Shown here piece after piece: positions 53,523-64,000 of a stretch of DNA of 64,000 nucleotides. The position numbers and the translations under genes are program-made. Position 1 is the first letter of the stretch. Every line of letters starts with the position of its first letter. The DNA is from Paraspadella gotoi (lineage: Eukaryota > Animalia > Chaetognatha): NCBI GenBank assembly GCA_051294375.1, contig CM119266.1, positions 17,850,087-17,914,086 on the forward strand, read 5' to 3'. The notes under the pieces were generated by a model. It had not been told where the DNA came from and searched no databases. It worked only from the letters and a program-made list of their open reading frames with translations.

Positions 53523-54170
53523 ATGATTCTTCTCACCATAATCGCTCGTCTCGCCGACGGCCTCCCTTTGGCCGCTTCGATCCAAGAGGACGAACAATCA
53601 GGACGCAGCTTGCTCGATTATCAGAATCAAGCAAAGAGCCTCTGCCGAAAATTGAACGCGAGTTCCCCAGCCCGCTGCAGCGTGGAAACCGGCCAGCTCC
53701 TATTCCATTACCAAATAGAGAACGGGGTCATCTACTTGGCCCTCTTCGAACAAGGCTTCTCCAAGCGGTTGGCATTTGCTTACCTGGAGGATTTGCAGAA
53801 CGAGTTCGATTCTCAGCACGGAACCCGCGTTGCCACCGTCTCGCGTCCCTACAGTTTCATCCAGTTCGACAATTACATCCAAAAGACGAAGAAGAACTAC
53901 ACCGATTCACGAGCGCGGAGAAATCTCGGCGCCATCAACTCGGAACTGCAGGATGTCCAGAGGATCATGGTTCAAAATATCGACGATGTCCTTCAGCGGG
54001 GCGAGGCTCTCTCCGCCCTCGACGACAAGGCGCAAGGACTTTCCGTTCTCTCGCAAAAGTATAAGAAAGACGCCAAGTTTCTCAACATGAAGTCAACCTA
54101 CGCCAAAGTTATCGCCGTTCTGATAGTCGTCGTCGTCTTTTTCCTTTTCTTGAGATTTTTAATTTGGTAA
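53523..54170 (+). CDS. SEC22B: Vesicle-trafficking R-SNARE Sec22b, intronless CDS
   Basis: [19 protein letters not shown] longin domain, [37 protein letters not shown] motif and C-terminal TM helix, all in one 215-aa ORF. Confidence 0.97.
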   Translation: MILLTIIARLADGLPLAASIQEDEQSGRSLLDYQNQAKSLCRKLNASSPARCSVETGQLLFHYQIENGVIYLALFEQGFSKRLAFAYLEDLQNEFDSQHGTRVATVSRPYSFIQFDNYIQKTKKNYTDSRARRNLGAINSELQDVQRIMVQNIDDVLQRGEALSALDDKAQGLSVLSQKYKKDAKFLNMKSTYAKVIAVLIVVVVFFLFLRFLIW

Positions 54171-54421
54171 TGTGACCGGACGTATTAGTGAAATTTTTAC
54201 CATTTGCTTTTTCTGATACCCTTAGAGCCATCTTATTATCCCTAGTTAATTTTTTTGTATTTAATAAATAATGGTGTTATTTCCTGTTATCTTCGTAAAA
54301 ATTGCTTTCATTACGCTTCTAGATCAAAACAAATGAAATTTTGAACACTCTTCCCCACGTGACTGAAAAAGTTCATGTGCCTTTTGGAGAAGCGAAGCAG
54401 GCTATCAATCTAACAGGCGCC

Positions 54422-57400
54422 ATGTACTCGGGTGGCGGTTATTACGGCGGAAGTAATTACGACGGTCAATACTCTGGTCGTTATCCCAATTCCGGACATT
54501 TGGGTCAGTTGGACGAAAACTCGACCATCGGCAAGCTGAAAGAAGAGTATTGGTTGACCAAGCAAAAAATAATCAAAAAGTTCCATCGTAAAGAAGATTG
54601 TCATGTCGTCGCCGGCGACGCGGATTTGGATTCCAAGCTCGAGATCTTCCACTCGATCCAAAAGACGACGACGGATCTGCTCAAGATCCTCGAAAGGTAC
54701 CAGGATCGAATCTGCGGCCTGAGCGGCGAAGAGAACGCCATGGGCCGATTCCTCAAGAACCATTCCCAGTCGGACAAATCGCGAGCGGGAAAGATGATGG
54801 CCGCCGTGGGCAAAGTGCAGAGCTTCACCGCCCAACAGCGCCTCGCCATCAGGGCGCCGCTGCAGCGCTTGTATCAAGAAGTCGAGACTTTTCGGCACCG
54901 CGCCATTGCCGACTGCTCAGTCACCTTGCAGAGGATGGAGAAGGCGAGAACAGAGTACAGAGCGGCGCTGCTCTGGATGAAGGATGTCTCGGAAAATCTG
55001 GACCCGGACACCCACAAGCAGTTAGAGAAGTTCAGAACTGTGCAGGGACAAGTAAGGAGGACAAAGACGAGATTCGACAAGTTGAAGGTCGACTGTATTC
55101 AAAAGATCGATTTGTTAGGTGAGTTCAGAGTAGAATATTTACTAGTTTTTTTGTTTTTTTTTACTAGTTAGTTAATTTCATTGTTTATGTTACTTAGACA
55201 TTCATTTTTTCCCCAACTTTAGCGGCTTCGAGGTGCAACATGTTTTCTAATGTCCTGACATCTTACCAAACCTGCGTCATATCATTTCTCGAAAAGAATT
55301 CGCGCGCACTTGAGACGGTGTCCAAGACGTTCTATGGTTATCAACCTTACGAATTCTCCGTAATAAAGGTAACGTTTGCCTAATGGCTTACTCTAATGAC
55401 AATGATGGTATTTGTTATTGTCAGTTTTGTTGTCCATAGGAATTGGTGGATCCGACGAAGAAGCAACTACAGCAAGAAGAAAACGAGCAAAATGAAAAAG
55501 AAGAAAGGTTAATTAATTATTATTCATTATTATCTCAAACACAACGAAAGGAAAGAATTCGATACAATGTCATTATTTCATAAATTATTTTAGGTTAATT
55601 ACTAATCGTTTAAATATTTTGTTTAAATATTTTAGTTTATTTTTGTTTCCTTTTTTTGGTTTCAGTCCCTCACCAACCGAAGATTTAGACGAGGTGGACC
55701 GACTTATTAGGGAGATTAAAGAAATAGGTGCCCCCATTTAATTTTTTTTTTTTTTTGGTTTGCATGTTATTTTTATTTATTTTGGTCCTTATTTTTAATC
55801 TCATTTTGACGTGGAAAAGGGAAAGGGTGTCGCTCTAATTTCCGCGTGGGTCCCAAATTTGTCGAGGAATCGAAAGACGAAAATGAGTTGATTGACGAAG
55901 CAAATTCCGCCACTTTGACCGAGACCCAAAACGGGTACGAGTTCTTTATTTATTTAGCCGAGTTATTAACTAATTTTCCCAATTGATATTTTTCCTTATC
56001 CCCTCTGATCTCATTAGCTTTCACTTGTCCTAATAAAAAATTAAGGTTGGTGAGTTTATCGGAACCAATGAGAGACGAAGACTTTTCGAAATCTGGAGAA
56101 AACGCTGAATTAAAGTCGAGCGACAGTTTGGTCAATTTGTTCGCGGATTTGGGTGAGGAAGCCTCACCCTCCACTCAACTCAATTCGCTCGATCTTCAGA
56201 CTCAGGATATTTCTTCTCTCAATCCTCAAACTTCCGCTGGTGCCGCTTCCGATGGTAACGTCTAAGGAATAAGGATAAGACTTACACTCCGTTCGAAAAA
56301 AAAGTAGCCACTTTTCACATCGAAAAAACCATATTGGATGGTTGAATTCTACAAAAATATAAAAAAATAAACAAAGCTTATTAAAAGATGAGGCGAGTAA
56401 TTTAAGTCCAAATCGAGCAAACTTTCTAAAGTTGAAGGATGTCAAAATCAATTGTTACAAAAAATCGAAAAAGAAAAAAAAAATTTTTTTTGTTAATAAA
56501 AGTTAATGAATTATTATAAAATATTATTTTTGTCTTCTACAATAATATAAAATTGGCTGAACAAATTCAGCATAAAATATCTGTAAAAAAGGTATTAACC
56601 ATTTTTGACCTAAATTAAATTAAAATAAATACATAAGACGTCATATTAAAAAATGCTTGTTTTTTTGAACTGAGAATCAGTTCCGATAAAACTATTAAAC
56701 CAACATTGATAAAATTTTGCATGGATTAAAGGGTAATAGAAATGGGATTATTGAGGGGATTTTTTAAATCTAACCTATGACCTAAGATATGGGCCTTTAA
56801 ATTTTTTAAAAAAAATTTTATTTTTTATCCCGAACAGTTGCAGAAACGTTCATTTGCGCAGAAAAGTAAATTTTTTGTTGTGAGTTAAAAAAAATTAATT
56901 TAAATTGTTGAAAATTTATTTTAAAATGTTTTTTTACAAAGTATTGCTGGATTCTATTGCCTAAACCAATCAGTTTTTTTATCGTTGCAATCGTTTAGTT
57001 TTTGTACTAATTGATAGCTTTTTAAAAAAGCTATATTATTTATAAATATTTTTTTAAAATTAAAGAGAAATGGTGGGGTATTCAAAGCTGACCAGTAGCT
57101 ACTTTTTTTTGCGCCGCAGTGTACTTTTTTTGTATTTTACTCACTAAATTATTTTAAATTTATAATTTAATTAACATTTAATAAATTAGGAGAGTCTCTC
57201 ATGGCGGATGACCTCGACAATTTAACGCTGCTGAACGAAATCATGGGTACAGGATCCGTCGATCCTCTTAAGTCTGACCAAGTAAATCAGTCCAACTCTT
57301 CAAGCGATTTGCAAGGATTGGAAATCCCGCCCTTCATGGGTCCGACTCAGTTCGGTGTCCAAGGCAACGCGGCTAGTCTCGGGATCCCGGGATCGGCCTT

Positions 57401-57989
57401 GTACAGCTTCAATCAACAGTGGAACGCCCATTTTGGTTTCGCGTCTGCGGATTCGATGGAATCGTGGAATCAACAGTTATCTCAAATGCCGCAGCAGCTG
57501 CCGCAACATCAATACGGGATGCAGCAGTTCGGGATGCAGGTATGGATGATTTGAAAATGTTATGCTTTGACTAGATGCTAAAATTAAATGATAAAATTAT
57601 CAGTAAAATACTGAAATAAAACTTTTAAGAAGGCAGAATTAAAATGATTTGAGAAATAAACTAAAGTACTACAATATGCAAATATTATAGTTATTATTTT
57701 AGTTTTTTCTTCATGATTAAATGTACTTGTTCTTAAAGGCACCTCCGAGCTACAATGCCGCAACGAGCTCAATTGGCGATGCCGATTCTCAACAAGGAAA
57801 TCCGACAAAAGGCATATTTATTTTACAAGGTTAAATTTTGAATGAGTCCTATTAAATTGTATTAAATTTTTATTAGGACCAAAGAAAGATCTTAGCGCGT
57901 GGTACGGAATGTTCGCTGAATTGGATCCACTTGCGAATCCAGACGCCATTGGGAAAGAGGGCACGGACGAAGCTGATCGCAATTGCTAG
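54422..57989 (+). CDS. ICA1: Islet cell autoantigen 1 (ICA69/RIC-19), AH/BAR-domain protein, multi-exon
   Basis: YWLTKQ...KEDCHVVAGDADLDSKLE, RTEYRAALLWMKDVS, QKIDLLAASRCNMFS and C-terminal DLSAWYGMFAELDPLANPDAIG. Confidence 0.92.
56380..57123 (-). mobile_element. TA-CACTG-ended DNA-transposon-like repeat (fragmented copy starting at 21974)
   Basis: TACACTGCGGCGCAAAAAAAAG end shared with 21974. Internal blocks match 22740-22870 and 23410-23520 in reverse. Confidence 0.55.
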
Positions 57990-58630
57990 TTGAACTCATG
58001 CCCCATGTATAATGTGTACTAATGCAGTATTAATGTCAACCCTCAATTACTAGTTTATATCGAAAAGTATTGGTAGAACATTATTATAGAAATAAAATTG
58101 TTACTCTTTTTAAAAATTTGCTTGGTTTATAAGTATTTTGTATATCGTAGTCGTATATTATTTGCTAATTTTAATTCCATGGGCTTTTTGTCTTACCGAG
58201 AAAAAAAATGATCTTTACTTTCAATCGTAATTTTTTTTGATTTCATTAGTTTATTCTTAATTTGATCTCATGCTCAACCTATATAACCTGTATAATTAAA
58301 GTTGAGCTCTGTGCTAAGTCTTTCCAATTTCATGTTTCATTCCGCTAAAGATCTGTGGCAATTGTTAGTCAAACTTCGAAAAATCTAGTCGTAAAATTAA
58401 ATGGCATAATTGTTATTATTTTAATGTAGTTAATCGACGAGAAAAGCAAATAACGGGAACAATTGGATGCACAAGTAACTTAATCATCATCGAGAAGTCT
58501 TCCTTTAATAGTTTTTAACATTTGTCATCTTTTGTCATCCAATTTTATCTTTAGATGTGATAGCGGTTTCAAATGCGTTTGTTTTAAAAACGACGTCTTC
58601 GTTGAAAAACTAAACACAACAAAAGTCAAA

Positions 58631-62164
<3,534 letters not shown>

Positions 62165-63037
62165 GGCGGACGTAAAGATTTCGCTCTCCTCCGACAATCG
62201 CATCTGTTAAATTGTGTGTCTATTGAGACTAATGAGTCGCTGGATAACATTGTTTGTATAAAAATATGTTATTTCGCGGTTGAGATTTTTTGCGCGTTCT
62301 GTTTTTCTTTTCTCTCTTCTATTCTCCCTTCCCTCTTTTCCTTCATTTTCGGAACCTTTTCTAAATCTCAGTTGTTTATTTACAAAGAATTCATTTCATA
62401 CAATATAATCATGTACTAAATTCATTTTCCCATTATTAAAAGCGATCCACAAATTACACCTAATGTGAAAAAAAGCGTTTTTCTTTTGGCGATTGCTTTG
62501 TCAGTGAATCTGCATCGTTGTTCTTTTGATTTTTATTTTAAAAAAAGGAAAAATATAATGGACCAGTTTTGATATTTCACTATATTGTATTCTAATTTTA
62601 AATTTAATGAATAATGCTCGATTGCAAGAAGACTTTCTTTTTATGATTAAATCGTTTGCGCAGATCTGCGACGATCCTCTTCAAACTTTGGCGGCTTTGA
62701 TGAATTCACATTGACTGAAGAAATCATTGCGTTGGTCACGAGGAAATCGTTTTCTATAACTTTGTTTTAAAGTTAATGAGTATTTTCCCCCCAAGTTTTC
62801 TCACCGCCTCAACACAAATTTCTGCAGAAACTGGTTGTGAATTTCAACAGACAGTATTAGAGATTCCTTAACCGTTAAAAATTAACCGTTAATAACGGTG
62901 AAAATTTTTTTAACTTAACCGTTAATTTTTTTATTTTAACGGTTAAATTTTATTTTTTTCCAATTTAGATATTTTGGTAAAAATATTTTGTTTTCTTTAA
63001 CTTATTACAGAAGGCTTCATATTATAAAATGTGGTAC

Positions 63038-63711
63038 TGTGGCAGCAAGACTTAAAGCTGCCTCACTGCTGTCCGTCCTCAGCCTCGTCTCAATGGCTGA
63101 GCAGGCTAAATCATCTCATTCCATCCGTGTCCCGGGTTCAATCCCTGGGTAACCCGGCTCTGGCTTAAATGTGACGGTGCCGGTATAAACATGCCAGTGA
63201 CAGGAGGCTGTCACTGAGGGTCCGCAGCCCCTTCGCCAGTTGGTGAGATACCCCGCGCCCCGGGTATCACAGGCTATCCTCCCGTTGCCATAAGTGGTGA
63301 GCCCTACTCTCGAACACGCAACCGCTGCGCACCGTGCGCCCCTTACGTCGCTTAGGGGCATAGGCGTTTGTCGTAGCGTACCCGAAGTCGAGGGCATAGG
63401 CGTTTGTCGTAGCGTACCCTGAGAAGGTTGCGTGTTCGATAGTAGGGCTCACCACTTATGGCAACAGCCGGGTTGCCTGTGATGCCCATTGGGATGGGGC
63501 ATCTCACTGTTGGCTTTGGGGGCTTCCGACCCTCAGTGACGCCTCCAGTCACTGGCGCGGTTACCCTAGGACGGTCTCGCTTTGCCAACGCAGAGGGAAG
63601 TCATTAGGACTGTGGATGGAACACTACGCCTGGGATGGTGTGTTCCCCCTCTGAGCCAATGGATTTGGCTGACGGATGGTGGACGTGAGGCGGTGTGAAT
63701 ATACCGCCACA
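63038..63711 (+). mobile_element. Complete solo LTR-like element (family B, 674 bp) with tRNA-like head and internal 40-bp hairpin
   Basis: TGTGGC...GCCACA ends, 4-bp TSD GTAC (63034-63037 / 63712-63715), A-box TGGCTGAGCAGG at 63094, B-box GGTTCAATCCC at 63135 and inverted arms 63284-63323 / 63426-63465. Confidence 0.85.
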
Positions 63712-64000
63712 GTACCCCTTTTTTGTGACCAGAACACGTTCCGAGAAAACTACTGAATAGAATTTAATGAAATTTTGCATGCGGAGTACCAGTAGTAATA
63801 CAAATGGAACTATCGAGGCGAATTTTTACATTCCACCCCTAAGCTGAGATAAGGGCCAGAGGGGGCAGCCCCTGAGGGCCACAAATGGTCAAAAATTTCT
63901 TTCAAATTTTTTAATTATTTTTGTTTTAAACGGTTGCACAGACGTTTACTCTTCCACAAAAACGTATTTATTACCTCAAAAATATTCATTTACCTTAATA

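Noticed and set aside
62640-62850. Possible first exons of a twelfth + strand gene
   Set aside because: Some AG/GT signals and moderate GC, but no convincing ORF or recognisable motif within the window.
63116-63588. Short - strand ORFs in the family B element
   Set aside because: No recognisable domain; they arise from GC-rich, tandemly duplicated non-coding sequence.

Overview
Eukaryotic (animal, invertebrate-like) genomic DNA with GC-rich exons in AT-rich, repeat-laden GT-AG introns. Eleven genes lie head-to-tail on the + strand: PSMA1, INTS8, two C2H2 zinc-finger genes, ANKRD13, V-ATPase G, EMC6, DNAJA3/Tid1, SEC22, ICA1/ICA69 and NDUFS7. Several stop-to-start gaps are only 100-500 bp and have unpaired splice acceptors before the ATG, suggesting SL-trans-spliced operon(s). 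One orphan gene with an MGCxxS start is nested antisense in DNAJA3 intron 1. Mobile elements: a decayed but full-length DIRS tyrosine-recombinase retrotransposon whose ICR lies unusually near the 5' end, possibly inside an intron; hAT-, Kolobok- and Tc1/mariner-type non-autonomous elements; Helentron/DINE-like repeats; and a Penelope-type hammerhead ribozyme. The most novel signal is three sequence-unrelated miniature LTR families, each carrying a tRNA-derived Pol III (A/B box) head inside the LTR. One is a complete TRIM with identical LTRs, and another inserted twice, in opposite orientations, at the same GTAC of a MITE terminal repeat. All gene models and family assignments were made by eye, without database searches.
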